A DNA stretch of 64,000 nucleotides, taken from positions 2,368,001 through 2,432,000 of the forward strand of contig OY781964.1 in assembly GCA_963677485.1 (NCBI GenBank), read 5' to 3'. Shown in pieces: positions 43,328 to 53,217 of this stretch (within the stretch, counting starts at the first letter, position 1; each line of letters begins with the position of its first letter). The position numbers and the translations under genes are program-made. The DNA comes from Armatimonadota bacterium. GTDB lineage: Bacteria; Armatimonadota; HRBIN16. Under the pieces are notes generated by a model, which saw nothing but the letters and a program-made list of their open reading frames with translations, did no database searches and was not told the origin of the DNA.

Positions 43328-44983
43328 TATCTTACCAACCATATTTTGAACACGGTGTATAGAATATTCTGATATTACGCACCACACAAAGCGTTAGGCA
43401 CAACGATCTGGCGAATAGCAAGTGCTGCCATGATGATACGCTTGCCAAGTGCAGTGAGGTAGTATTTGTAGCGTTTACCGCATTTTTTAACGAGCCGGAA
43501 TACTCGGCATCGCTTGATGAAGTATGATATCTGAGAGCTGGACATCTGCGGTAAGGCTTTTTGAAGCATACGGTTTGTGATCCCGCTGATGCATCCCTCT
43601 CCGCGAGCAAGTGCAATGAGACATTCCAAATCCTTCTTGAGGAAAAGGTTGAATCCTCGATACGAGCGATGATCACGGGTGGTCGAGGTCGCGATTTTGA
43701 TGATCTGATGTTCACCATCGCTGTTGTCATCAAGGGCGGAAAGAAAGTCAAGATATCTGTTGTTTGCAGATAATAACAGTTCCCTCAATGGAGGAAGGCT
43801 GTAGATGGTCTTTTGCATAGGGGCGTATTTAATCTCAGTCGTCCCATCATGATGTTCTACCTCACGGTAGTGTTTAAATTCAGAGACGTCATTCACAGTC
43901 GTCTCGATACGCAAGATTATCCCTTGCTTGTCATACATTTTGATAGAAGCCCATCCCATGTAGTGTTTGATGCGCGTGCCTTGTATGCGGCGATCGAACT
44001 TGTAGTCAGTGCCGATCTCAGCGAGTGTTCGCCCATCAAGTTTCTTACCAAGAAACATCGCGATAGACTCTGGCGTTACCGTATGTATCGCTGTTTTGAC
44101 TAGATTATCGTAGATGGCTTTGAGGTCTTCGGCGCGTTTGAACACGATGTCTGTAGCATATTCCACCTGCATTAGCGACCAATGATATGAATTGTCAGCA
44201 AGCCGTATCACGGGGCAATACATTCTGGCAAATGCATCCAGCGCATGGTGCAGCTTATCAGCAGGAAAAGCGTCTGCCAGCCTCTGAGCACAGCTAAAGT
44301 CGTCGATTTTTACAAAGGCGTTGTCCAGTGGAGTGAAAACTACTCCCTCGGATTGAAGGCAATGCGCGAGATAATTGTGTCCATTACAATAGAATTGCAG
44401 ACGGAAGGGCACCCAGGTCGGAACTCGTAGATAGCACAGTCCAAACTCTGCATCGATGAAATAGAAGTAGTAATGAAGACACTTGGTCTCCTTGATATTC
44501 AGCCGGGTTTTGTGGGTAATCTTGTCGTGCCACGGGGTGTATGCAGGACATTTTTCCAACACTGAGAATATGTGGACGAGACCGGGGTGACACCCTCGAC
44601 TACTAATGATCTCTTTGATGCGGTCTTCTTTTCGAAATGAAGAGGCACGGCGTATATACTCAATTTCAATGCTGTTGGTAACGGCAAGGCGTTCCGCATT
44701 GGCTTTGATCTCATCTCGTAGAGGTTCGGCAAATTCCTTAGGAAAGTCAAATAGCCTGATGTTGCGTTGATGAAGATAGATGCCCATTCCGTCGCTATGA
44801 CACCAGCCTGGGATTGTACCGGTGATAACTATGCGGTCGAAGCATGAATATACCCCAGCTATCTGCTTTGCATAGCGTTCTTGAAGTGATGTCATTCTGG
44901 GCAACCTCACGAAAGGGTGTTTGAATGTATATTACGTGGCGAATGCAATCATTCCTTTTTTGGTTGCGGCTAAGCCGCCTTAG
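43328..44983 (-). mobile_element. Single-gene insertion element bounded by TTAG, no long TIRs
   Basis: TTAG at 43324-43327 and 44980-44983; removing the element restores family B; terminal hairpin GCGGCTAAGCCGC; AT-richer than flanks. Confidence 0.85.
43375..44895 (-). CDS. Putative Rep_trans-like transposase/relaxase with C-terminal winged helix
   Basis: QVEYATD and SIKMYDK..ILRIETT motifs; wHTH ending YYLTALG; fills the element. Confidence 0.6.
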   Translation of the reverse strand: MTSLQERYAKQIAGVYSCFDRIVITGTIPGWCHSDGMGIYLHQRNIRLFDFPKEFAEPLRDEIKANAERLAVTNSIEIEYIRRASSFRKEDRIKEIISSRGCHPGLVHIFSVLEKCPAYTPWHDKITHKTRLNIKETKCLHYYFYFIDAEFGLCYLRVPTWVPFRLQFYCNGHNYLAHCLQSEGVVFTPLDNAFVKIDDFSCAQRLADAFPADKLHHALDAFARMYCPVIRLADNSYHWSLMQVEYATDIVFKRAEDLKAIYDNLVKTAIHTVTPESIAMFLGKKLDGRTLAEIGTDYKFDRRIQGTRIKHYMGWASIKMYDKQGIILRIETTVNDVSEFKHYREVEHHDGTTEIKYAPMQKTIYSLPPLRELLLSANNRYLDFLSALDDNSDGEHQIIKIATSTTRDHRSYRGFNLFLKKDLECLIALARGEGCISGITNRMLQKALPQMSSSQISYFIKRCRVFRLVKKCGKRYKYYLTALGKRIIMAALAIRQIVVPNALCGA

Positions 44984-45315
44984 GTAAAACCGCCCCGGAC
45001 TTCGGCAATCAAGACCGCGCTCGTATGGCGGATACCCCCTGGGAACGCAGGTCTCCCAAAGCTCATAATGACTATGTCCGGGGCGGTCTTTCGGTACACT
45101 TGCGTTTGCTGTGCAGATATCGACCGCGCCGGTCTGGCGGTTAGCCCGAAAGCTCTTGACCCGAGGACCAAGACCGGCGCGGTTAGGGGAAACCCGCCCC
45201 GGACTTCGGCGACTATTATCTACCAAAGCTCACAATGCCTATGTCCGGAGCGGTCTTTCGGTACGCTTGCGTTTGCTGTGCAGATATCGACCGCGCCGGT
45301 CTGGCGGTTAGCCCT
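44984..45315. repeat. Right part of composite repeat with tandem family B units
   Basis: Near-identical to 48375-48605; internal duplication 45054-45147 / 45224-45314. Confidence 0.85.
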
Positions 45316-45327
45316 AAAACTCCTTGC

Positions 45328-46662
45328 CTAACTCACTCCACGCGGTCTTCGTGAGACGATGGCGAGAAACCCTCCGCTGGCCAGTGTCAGCAGAAGCAGC
45401 ACCGCCCACACATCCGAACCGCCCTTCGCAGCTGATGTGATGATCGTGATCAGCAGGTTGGTGTTGGCCGAATGAGCACTCGGAATCGGCAGCCACAACA
45501 GGGTCACCACGATGGCTAGGAACAACCCGGGGTTGACTCGCCATTGCAGTTTTAAGGCCTGGTAGAGCATCGAAAGCGCAGCCGTCAGCAGCGACACCGA
45601 CAACGGTACGAACAGCAGTATTGCTTCCACGCGGCTGCAGAACCCGCCCAGCACACGGGCTGGCAGAGCCATCAACTGCCAAAGAATGACGTGCAACATC
45701 ACCCACGACAGTAGGTGCAGCATGCTTCGCCGCGCATTCCCTGCTTGTAGCCACTGCCCGCGGCTGATACGCGAGAACACACCATAATACAGGCACAAGA
45801 AGAAGAGCGAAATTTGCGGCAGGGGTATAGCTGGCCTGAGGCTGTCGCACCAGTTCCCACTGCAGGGGTATTCCATTTGAAAATGAAACATTACCATGGC
45901 AGTGGGTATCAATAAAAACAACCCATAAAGACTTCCCACCCGCAAACCGGCTGAGGGTGTGACCACGACTTTTGCCCAGCGCTCCTCACTCACATATGAA
46001 AAGCCCAGACAAATAAAGATCGTGGCCAGCATCGAAGGCAGCAAATATGATGGGAAGCGGTAATCAAAGCGGTGTAATGATTGAGTATTGGCAGTCAACA
46101 CAGTCACAATATCGGGCACTTCATACCCAAGTGTTGGCTTACCAACAAGTAAGCCACTGCCGCGTAGACACAACCAGTAGGTCACAGCCATGCCCAGCAC
46201 GGCAGATATCGCCTGAAGCGGCTTGCCGCGGTTGAGCCTGCCGGCAAACTGCCCAATCGCTGAATAGCACAACCAAAACATTAGTATCCGAAGCACGTAG
46301 CCTGTGTCTGGTGCCGACATCTTAAAAAACGTCACCCCGACCACTTCGGTCACCATCATCAGTACGAGGCCAATGGAACTGGGCAGAATCCAGTATGCCA
46401 GCACTCGAAATAATGGCTTATTGGACACCGCATCGGCATCCGCACTGCGATTTGCGTTCACCGCCGCGGTGAACATCGCACTGCCGATGATCAGCACGAC
46501 GTGCATGATGCTCTGCAGCCTGAGCGATTGCTGAGCATTGTGAGCGTAAAAGCGGTACACCACGGCGGTTACCACTCCAGTCAGCACCATCGTCAGAACG
46601 AACGGGAATGGTGCAGGTATCATACGTTGGGGTTTGAGGGGTATCTGCTCCATTGCTTTCAT
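45328..46662 (-). CDS. Polytopic membrane protein of unknown function, paralog b
   Basis: Many TM segments; AIGQFAGRLN, EYPCSGNW, LTLASGG shared with neighbour. Confidence 0.75.
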   Translation of the reverse strand: MKAMEQIPLKPQRMIPAPFPFVLTMVLTGVVTAVVYRFYAHNAQQSLRLQSIMHVVLIIGSAMFTAAVNANRSADADAVSNKPLFRVLAYWILPSSIGLVLMMVTEVVGVTFFKMSAPDTGYVLRILMFWLCYSAIGQFAGRLNRGKPLQAISAVLGMAVTYWLCLRGSGLLVGKPTLGYEVPDIVTVLTANTQSLHRFDYRFPSYLLPSMLATIFICLGFSYVSEERWAKVVVTPSAGLRVGSLYGLFLLIPTAMVMFHFQMEYPCSGNWCDSLRPAIPLPQISLFFLCLYYGVFSRISRGQWLQAGNARRSMLHLLSWVMLHVILWQLMALPARVLGGFCSRVEAILLFVPLSVSLLTAALSMLYQALKLQWRVNPGLFLAIVVTLLWLPIPSAHSANTNLLITIITSAAKGGSDVWAVLLLLTLASGGFLAIVSRRPRGVS

Positions 46663-46674
46663 TTCTCTCCTTGT

Positions 46675-48030
46675 CTAGCTCACTCCACGCAGTCTTCGTG
46701 AGACGATGGTGAGGTAACCACCGCTGGCCAGGGTCAGCAAAAACAACACCGCAAGGCATATCCACACACCGGAGCCGCTCCGTTGGCTGGCTGTGAGTAT
46801 CACATCAAGCAGATTGCGTAATGGCCATCTTGCAGAATCACCAGCCGGAATCATAGGAAGGCATAATACGATACTTGCGACCGCGAATACACTCCACGGA
46901 TTGGCACAGCAGCTAAGCCTCAAGCCCTGACATAACAGGCTGACGGCGGTGACGATCAACATGACGGAAAGGGGCATCAGCAGCACCATCTGGGTGACTA
47001 GCTCGCACCCCTTTGAAGACAGCACGGCGGGAAGCAACAGCATCAGCCAGATGGCTCCATGGAGGACACCCCAGACGAGGAGGTACCGCAGCCTGATGCA
47101 ACCGCTATTCACTGAGTTTTGCCACATTTCACGTGATGAGGTGACCGACACGCCGTATACTAGTCCAGCGAAAACAAGGGGTATTTGGGTAGATATAAAT
47201 TGACGCCGCAGCTCTTCACCCCATTCGCCTCCACACGGATATTCGTTCAGGTGCATATAGTAAAACAGCATGTTGATAGCAGTTAACAATCCCGTGAAAA
47301 CTGCAGTGAGAACCAATCCAGACACGGGACTGATAACGGCACGAGCCCGGGCCACGAAACTTCGGTACGAAAACCACAGAAAAGCCAACGGGCTGATTAT
47401 CAGCATCACGACATTCTGTATCTGCATCTGCCCAGAATCTGGAATGAGTAATTCTTTTTTTGATGTCAACATGCTCACCATGTCAGGGACCAGAATAAAA
47501 GTGCTGGCCTCGGAGGACCACAATCTGGCAAGCGCGATGCTTAACCAAAGCGCAACACCAATCGCTATCACGGCAATCATCGCATGTTGTGGCTTCCCTT
47601 GGTTCATTCGACCCGCCAGTTGGCCTATGGCCGTCCATATCAACCAGAAGAGCAGTAGAGCTTGAAGGAAACCCATGTCGGGCATAGTAGATTGGGGAAT
47701 CATCAGCAGGCAGCCAACACATATGACCATCATAGCCAAACCCACGATACCAGGTACCAGCCAGTATCGGAATGTTTTAATGAGTGGCCATCCGGAGAGG
47801 TTGTCCGAGCTGAACGAACTCTCTGCGTTTACCACCGCTGTCCGAAGCGCACTAAACATGATCAGCACGACGCTTAACAATACCAACCACTGTTCTTGTT
47901 GGTCATGGGTGGTTCCGAAGAGTCGAAACACCACGATGGATACCACTCCAGCCAACGCCATCAGTAGTATGAACTGCAGCAGTGTGCGTATGATACTCTG
48001 GGGTTTCAGGGAGATTTCTTGTGCGTTCAT
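46675..48030 (-). CDS. Polytopic membrane protein of unknown function, paralog a
   Basis: AIGQLAGRMN, EYPCGGEW; AAGGAG RBS. Confidence 0.75.
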   Translation of the reverse strand: MNAQEISLKPQSIIRTLLQFILLMALAGVVSIVVFRLFGTTHDQQEQWLVLLSVVLIMFSALRTAVVNAESSFSSDNLSGWPLIKTFRYWLVPGIVGLAMMVICVGCLLMIPQSTMPDMGFLQALLLFWLIWTAIGQLAGRMNQGKPQHAMIAVIAIGVALWLSIALARLWSSEASTFILVPDMVSMLTSKKELLIPDSGQMQIQNVVMLIISPLAFLWFSYRSFVARARAVISPVSGLVLTAVFTGLLTAINMLFYYMHLNEYPCGGEWGEELRRQFISTQIPLVFAGLVYGVSVTSSREMWQNSVNSGCIRLRYLLVWGVLHGAIWLMLLLPAVLSSKGCELVTQMVLLMPLSVMLIVTAVSLLCQGLRLSCCANPWSVFAVASIVLCLPMIPAGDSARWPLRNLLDVILTASQRSGSGVWICLAVLFLLTLASGGYLTIVSRRLRGVS

Positions 48031-48042
48031 GGTTCTCCTTTT

Positions 48043-48090
48043 CTAGCGCAATCGGCGCAGCTTACGAGAGACGATGCTCAGGTAACCGTC
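48043..48090 (-). pseudogene. 3' remnant of a third membrane-protein paralog
   Basis: Reads GYLSIVSRKLRRLR* versus GYLTIVSRRLRGVS*; in-frame stop a few codons upstream. Confidence 0.7.
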
Positions 48091-48242
48091 AATGTCACAG
48101 GTTCAAACAACAACCTCGCCATTTCATGCCATCGCCTCCTGCGCATCGGTGCCTCGAAACTGGTTCTGTATCAGTTGACGTTATTATACCCCTGAATGTT
48201 ACGCCCGTGGTAACCGTTGACCGTGTAAGTCTGGCGGATACC

Positions 48243-48605
48243 CCCTGGGAACGCCAATCTCCCGATTGGCCTCTCGTCGGGTTATGTTGGACAACCCATC
48301 GGTCGGATCCGTCGAATCCGTCCGATGGGGCGAACCTTATGCAGCCTATAAGAGATCAAGACCGGCGCGGTTAGGGAAAACCGCCCCGGACTCAGGCAAT
48401 GAAGACCGGCGCTGGTGTGGCGGATACCCCCTGGGAACGCAGGTCTTCCAAAGCTCACAATGCCTATGTCCGGGGCGGTCTTTCGGTGCGCTTGCGTTTG
48501 CTGTGCAGATATCGACCGCGCCGGTCTGGCGGTTAGCCCCAAAACCTCTTGTCCCAAGGATCAAGACCGGCGCGGTTAGGGAAAACCGCCCCGGACTATG
48601 GCAAT
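48243..48605. repeat. Uninterrupted composite repeat (A + GATCCGTC unit + B)
   Basis: Direct repeat of 43197-43327 joined to 44984-45210. Confidence 0.85.
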
Positions 48606-48785
48606 CAAAACCGGGCCGAACTGGCGGTTACCCCTTCAACTCAACTCCAACCTAAGCGACGTCAGATGAGGTGGAGGAGTAGCACAGTTTGGGTCATTCA
48701 ATGCTTAAGTTTGCCCGTATCTACCGCTCGGTGTTAAAATGGTGTATTGAGTACAAGTACGAGACAATTCACCGGAGGAAGGCTC

Positions 48786-50408
48786 ATGGCCAAATATATA
48801 TTCGTAACGGGCGGCGTCGTGTCGTCTATCGGTAAAGGCATTGCGGCGGCCAGTTTAGGACGTTTACTGCGCTGTCGGGGTCTTAAGGTAGCACCCATCA
48901 AGTTCGACCCCTACGTCAATGTAGATGCTGGCACTATGAACCCCTATCAGCATGGTGAGGTGTTCGTGACCGACGACGGTGCAGAGACTGACCTGGACCT
49001 TGGCCACTACGAGCGATTCGTAGATGTGAACATGACCAAGCACAGCAATGTGACCACAGGCAAGGTCTACGGCACAGTGATCGAAAAAGAACGCCGTGGT
49101 GAATATCTGGGCGGCACCGTGCAGGTCATCCCCCATATCACCAACGAGATACAAGAACGCATCGAACTCGTGGCCAAACAGAGTCAAGCCGATGTGATCA
49201 TATCCGAGATCGGCGGCACGATTGGTGACATCGAGAGCCTGCCCTTCCTGGAGGCGATACGCCAGTTCAAGAAGCGCGTTGGCCATGACAATGTGATGTA
49301 TATCCATGTCACGCTGGTGCCTTCCGTGGGCCCTTGGAACGAAGTGAAGACCAAGCCTACCCAGCACAGCGTCCACAAGATGCGCGAAATTGGTATCCAG
49401 CCCGATGTGCTCATCTGCCGCAGCAAGGTGCCCCTCAGTGACGATGTGAAAGAGAAGATCGCGCTGTTCTGCGATGTAGATACCTCCGCGGTCATCGAGT
49501 GCCTGGACGCGGCGACAATCTACGAAGTGCCGCTGCTTCTGGAAGAGGCCGGTCTATGCAAGATGGCCATGAAACGGCTGTGCATGGAGCAGATAGAGCC
49601 TGATCTGAGCGAATGGCAGGCATTGGTTGACATCATCAAACGCCCCAAATACCGCATGAATGTGGCTGTTGTTGGGAAATACGTGGACAACGGTGACGCC
49701 TACATCTCCATCGGAGAAGCGCTGAAACATGCCGGTATCGCCCGTAACGCCCGCGTGAATGTGGAGTGGATCGACAGCGAAGAGCTGGAAAGCAAGGATA
49801 TCGCTGAAGCACTCAAAGAGTATGACGCGGTGGTGTGTGCAGGCGGATTTGGCGCACGCGGACTGGAAGGCAAGATCGGGGCGATCCAATACGCACGCGA
49901 AAACGGCGTGCCGTTCCTTGGATTGTGCCTGGGACTTCAGATGGCGATTATCGAATTTGCCCGCAATGCATGTTCGTTGACTGGGGCCAACACCGAAGAG
50001 GTGGATGAAGAGTGCGCACATCCTGTGATTCACTTGCTGCCTGAACAGAAGGGTGTCACGGATAAGGGAGCCACTATGCGCCTGGGGGCATGGCCCTGCA
50101 GGCTAGTGCCAAAAACCAAAGCCGCGAAACTGTATAAAGACAGCATCATTTACGAACGGCATCGCCATCGCTACGAAGTAAACAACGAGTATCGCGACCG
50201 TCTGTCTGCCGCGGGCATGATCTTCTCAGGCCTCTCCCCAGACTCACGACTGGTGGAGATCATCGAGCTGGAGAACCATCCCTTCTTCATGGCCACGCAG
50301 TTCCATCCAGAGTTCAAGAGTCGGCCCAACCGGCAGCACCCGCTGTTTATCGGACTGATTCAAGCGGCACTAGAAAAATGCCATCATCGTAAGTGGGATA
50401 AAGATTAA
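48786..50408 (+). CDS. pyrG: CTP synthase
   Basis: [36 protein letters not shown]. Confidence 0.98.
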   Translation: MAKYIFVTGGVVSSIGKGIAAASLGRLLRCRGLKVAPIKFDPYVNVDAGTMNPYQHGEVFVTDDGAETDLDLGHYERFVDVNMTKHSNVTTGKVYGTVIEKERRGEYLGGTVQVIPHITNEIQERIELVAKQSQADVIISEIGGTIGDIESLPFLEAIRQFKKRVGHDNVMYIHVTLVPSVGPWNEVKTKPTQHSVHKMREIGIQPDVLICRSKVPLSDDVKEKIALFCDVDTSAVIECLDAATIYEVPLLLEEAGLCKMAMKRLCMEQIEPDLSEWQALVDIIKRPKYRMNVAVVGKYVDNGDAYISIGEALKHAGIARNARVNVEWIDSEELESKDIAEALKEYDAVVCAGGFGARGLEGKIGAIQYARENGVPFLGLCLGLQMAIIEFARNACSLTGANTEEVDEECAHPVIHLLPEQKGVTDKGATMRLGAWPCRLVPKTKAAKLYKDSIIYERHRHRYEVNNEYRDRLSAAGMIFSGLSPDSRLVEIIELENHPFFMATQFHPEFKSRPNRQHPLFIGLIQAALEKCHHRKWDKD

Positions 50409-50494
50409 CTCTTTCATCGCCGCGATATCTCGTGGAACCATTATGGGGGACAAGCTGACCTTGCCCCCCGTTTGGTATGATAGGTGGTCCACCG

Positions 50495-51487
50495 TTGCAG
50501 TTGATTGAAGTGGTGCTGGCGCTATTCATAGTGGTGCTGGCTGGCTACATTGCCAAGAAACGTAAAGTGCTGGCTGCGCAAGATACTGGTGTCATTAACC
50601 GTATCATCGTGGACTTTGCGCTCCCAGCGTTGATTTTCCGCGCCGTGTATCAGCAGACTATCTCCCGCGACATGATGGTGGCCACAGGCGTTTTTATCGC
50701 TGCGGAGTTGATCACGCTGGGCCTGGCTTTTCTCATCATCAAGCCTTTCAAAATAGCTTCGCCCATCGTGGGCTCTTTTGCGGTGTGTGCGGCTTTCGGT
50801 AACACCGGGTTTCTCGGTTACCCAGTCACCACCGCGGCCTATTCAGCGGCCAGTCTGGCGCACAGCCTGGGTGTATCGCTGGAGCAGGGAAAGCTGCTGG
50901 CGGCTAAGGCGATGGCCACCGCGGTGATGTATGACCAAATCGGCATGTTCGTGGTGCTCTACCTGGTGGCGGTGCCGATACTGGTAGCCATGGGAAGAAT
51001 GCCTGGCCGTAACTCGGCTATCGGGCGGTATGAGCTTCAAAAGGCGGTGATCAGCCCCTCGTTCCTGGCGCTGGTGGTGACACTGCTGTTGAATGTTTTC
51101 CATATTCAAGTGCCGGACATCGTGCTGCACGTGGCCGCCACCCTTGCGGGAGCTGTGGTTCCGCTGGTGATGATATCGCTGGGTCTGATGCTGGAAACCC
51201 GGCAGCTCATGAAGCGCGACAATATAGGGCTGGTGCTGGGTATCCTCGTGATGAAGATGGCTGTGATGCCGCTCATCATATATCTTGGCACGATGAAGCT
51301 GGGTCTGGATCCGCTGGTGAGGGCCGTGTCCGTCACCTCGGGCGCCATGCCCCCTGCGATGCTCTGTGCGGTGCTCAGCGAGCGCTACGGCTGCGAGAGG
51401 GGATTGGCGGCCGCCACCGCCATCCTGGGTGCCTTGCTGGTGGCGCTATCTATGCCGCTGTTGATGACCGCGATGGGTGTGGGGTAG
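50495..51487 (+). CDS. AEC (auxin efflux carrier/membrane transport) family permease, paralog 1
   Basis: DFALPALIF, GNTGFLGYP, AMPPA; TTG start inferred by homology. Confidence 0.88.
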   Translation: MQLIEVVLALFIVVLAGYIAKKRKVLAAQDTGVINRIIVDFALPALIFRAVYQQTISRDMMVATGVFIAAELITLGLAFLIIKPFKIASPIVGSFAVCAAFGNTGFLGYPVTTAAYSAASLAHSLGVSLEQGKLLAAKAMATAVMYDQIGMFVVLYLVAVPILVAMGRMPGRNSAIGRYELQKAVISPSFLALVVTLLLNVFHIQVPDIVLHVAATLAGAVVPLVMISLGLMLETRQLMKRDNIGLVLGILVMKMAVMPLIIYLGTMKLGLDPLVRAVSVTSGAMPPAMLCAVLSERYGCERGLAAATAILGALLVALSMPLLMTAMGVG

Positions 51488-51497
51488 GGGAAACATT

Positions 51498-51640
51498 GTA
51501 GGGGCACCCCCCCGTGGTTGCCCCTGATTTGGTGGTTGCCCGCCATTGGTATCGTTGTAGGGGCATGGCGTGCCGTGCCCCATTTACCGTGCCCTGATGG
51601 CCCCCGTGGTTGTCCTAAGGCACGGCACGCCATGCCCCTA
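51498..51640. repeat. GTAG-type REP-like cluster
   Basis: GTAGGGGCACCCCCCCGTGGTTGCCC, GTAGGGGCATGGCGTGCCGTGCC and its inverted copy GGCACGGCACGCCATGCCCCTA. Confidence 0.75.
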
Positions 51641-51728
51641 TACGTCGATCCTATGCACGCATAAATATGCGCCGGTATCCGCCTATCACCGAAATTATCG
51701 CCGTACGGGTTTTCGTAAGGAGTTTGTT

Positions 51729-52721
51729 TTGCAGTTATCGGTCGTTGTGCTATCCCTCTGCATCGTGGTTCTGGCTGGCTATGTCGCCAAGAAGCGAGGC
51801 GTGCTGGCTGTGCAGGACACGAAGGTCATCAACCGGATCATCGTGGACTTCGCGGTGCCTGCGCTGATATTCAATGCGGTTTACCAGCAGCATATTTCTC
51901 GCGACATGATGGTGACCACGGCCGTGTTCATCCTCTGCGAGCTATTCATCATGGGTGCTGCCATGTGGGTCACCAAAGCATTGAAAAAGCCGGCCCCTAC
52001 CCGAGGCTCGTTTATGGCTTGCGCGGCTTACGGCAACACCGCTTTTATCGGCTACCCGGTGACGGCTGCAGCCTACTCGGCCGTCAGCATGGCGCATATA
52101 TACGGTGTGTCGGCTACAGGCGGCCAATTGCTGGCCTCCAAGGCGATGGCCGCGGCGGTGATGTATGACCAGATCGGCACATTCGTGGTGCTCTACCTGG
52201 TCGCGGTGCCGATCATGATCACCCTGGGCAAGCAGAGCACCTATAGCGGGGCCACACGCCGTCAAGACCTCATTTCGGCTTTCACTCACCCGTCCCTCAT
52301 CGTGCTGGCACTGACGCTGTCAGTAAACGCCTTCGGCATCACCGTTCCGAAGATAGTGGAGCACGTCGCCACGACGCTGGCAGGTGCCGTGGCTCCGCTG
52401 GTGATGATCTCGCTGGGTTTGATGTTGAAAACAAGCCAGTTGTTCAAGAAGGACAACATGGGCATTGTGCTGGGCATGCTGCTGTTTAAGATGTTTCTGA
52501 TGCCTTTAGTGATCTACCTGGCCACGATGCGGCTGCCGATCGATCCACTGATCCGCGCAGTGGCCATCACGACGGGCGCCATGCCTCCCGCCATGCAGTG
52601 CGCCGTGTTAAGTGAGCGATACGGTTGTGAGCGCGGCACAGCGGCCGTATCGGCTATCCTGGGTGCGATCATCACCGCCCTGTCGCTGCCGCTGCTGATG
52701 AAGCTGATCGGGCTGGGCTAG
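51729..52721 (+). CDS. AEC family permease, paralog 2
   Basis: AAGGAG then TTG 51729; colinear with paralog 1. Confidence 0.88.
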   Translation: MQLSVVVLSLCIVVLAGYVAKKRGVLAVQDTKVINRIIVDFAVPALIFNAVYQQHISRDMMVTTAVFILCELFIMGAAMWVTKALKKPAPTRGSFMACAAYGNTAFIGYPVTAAAYSAVSMAHIYGVSATGGQLLASKAMAAAVMYDQIGTFVVLYLVAVPIMITLGKQSTYSGATRRQDLISAFTHPSLIVLALTLSVNAFGITVPKIVEHVATTLAGAVAPLVMISLGLMLKTSQLFKKDNMGIVLGMLLFKMFLMPLVIYLATMRLPIDPLIRAVAITTGAMPPAMQCAVLSERYGCERGTAAVSAILGAIITALSLPLLMKLIGLG

Positions 52722-52839
52722 GGGTGATCAGTGGACGTTGCTTGGGTTGGTCAGATTCGGCTGATGAGGTGCTGTCCGGGCACTTTATCGGCCGAAATCA
52801 TGCGAATCAAGCGGTTTTTTGCTGCCAAATCAGCGCCCC

Positions 52840-52868
52840 TTGACAATTAGCCAAGAAACCTGTATCCT
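52840..52868 (+). promoter_or_regulatory. sigma70 promoter of the tRNA-tuf operon
   Basis: TTGACA-17 nt-TATCCT. Confidence 0.65.
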
Positions 52869-52902
52869 ATTTCATGCGCCTCAAACGCGTTCGCATCTTC
52901 GT

Positions 52903-52988
52903 GGGGGGATGCCCGAGCGGCCAATGGGAACAGACTGTAAATCTGTCGGCGAATGCCTTCGAAGGTTCGAATCCTTCTCTCCCCACCA
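52903..52988 (+). tRNA. tRNA-Tyr(GTA)
   Basis: Cloverleaf with long variable arm; CTGTAAA loop; CCA end. Confidence 0.96.
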
Positions 52989-53027
52989 CTCACAATCCCT
53001 GCTCTTGTTAAGGAGTGGAGAAATTGT

Positions 53028-53102
53028 GCCCTCGTAGCTCAGGGGTAGAGCGCGTCTTTGGTAAAGACGAGGTCATGGGTCCGAATCCCATCGAGGGCTC
53101 CA
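53028..53102 (+). tRNA. tRNA-Thr(GGT)
   Basis: TTGGTAA loop; CCA end; T-loop TCCGAAT. Confidence 0.93.
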
Positions 53103-53217
53103 GTCTTACAGCGAACCGCTAGAGTGGCGCACACCGACACTTGGACGCCGATTTTCGGTGCCATAACAGAAATTATATACATCACGATCGACGACGTTTA
53201 GGGAGGATAACCCACAA

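Noticed and set aside
43375-44895. MarR-type regulator
   Set aside because: The wHTH is only the last ~80 aa of a ~506-aa protein that fills a precisely inserted element
44984-45315. CRISPR-like array
   Set aside because: Units alternate in orientation, the intervening sequences are themselves repeated, and there are no cas genes
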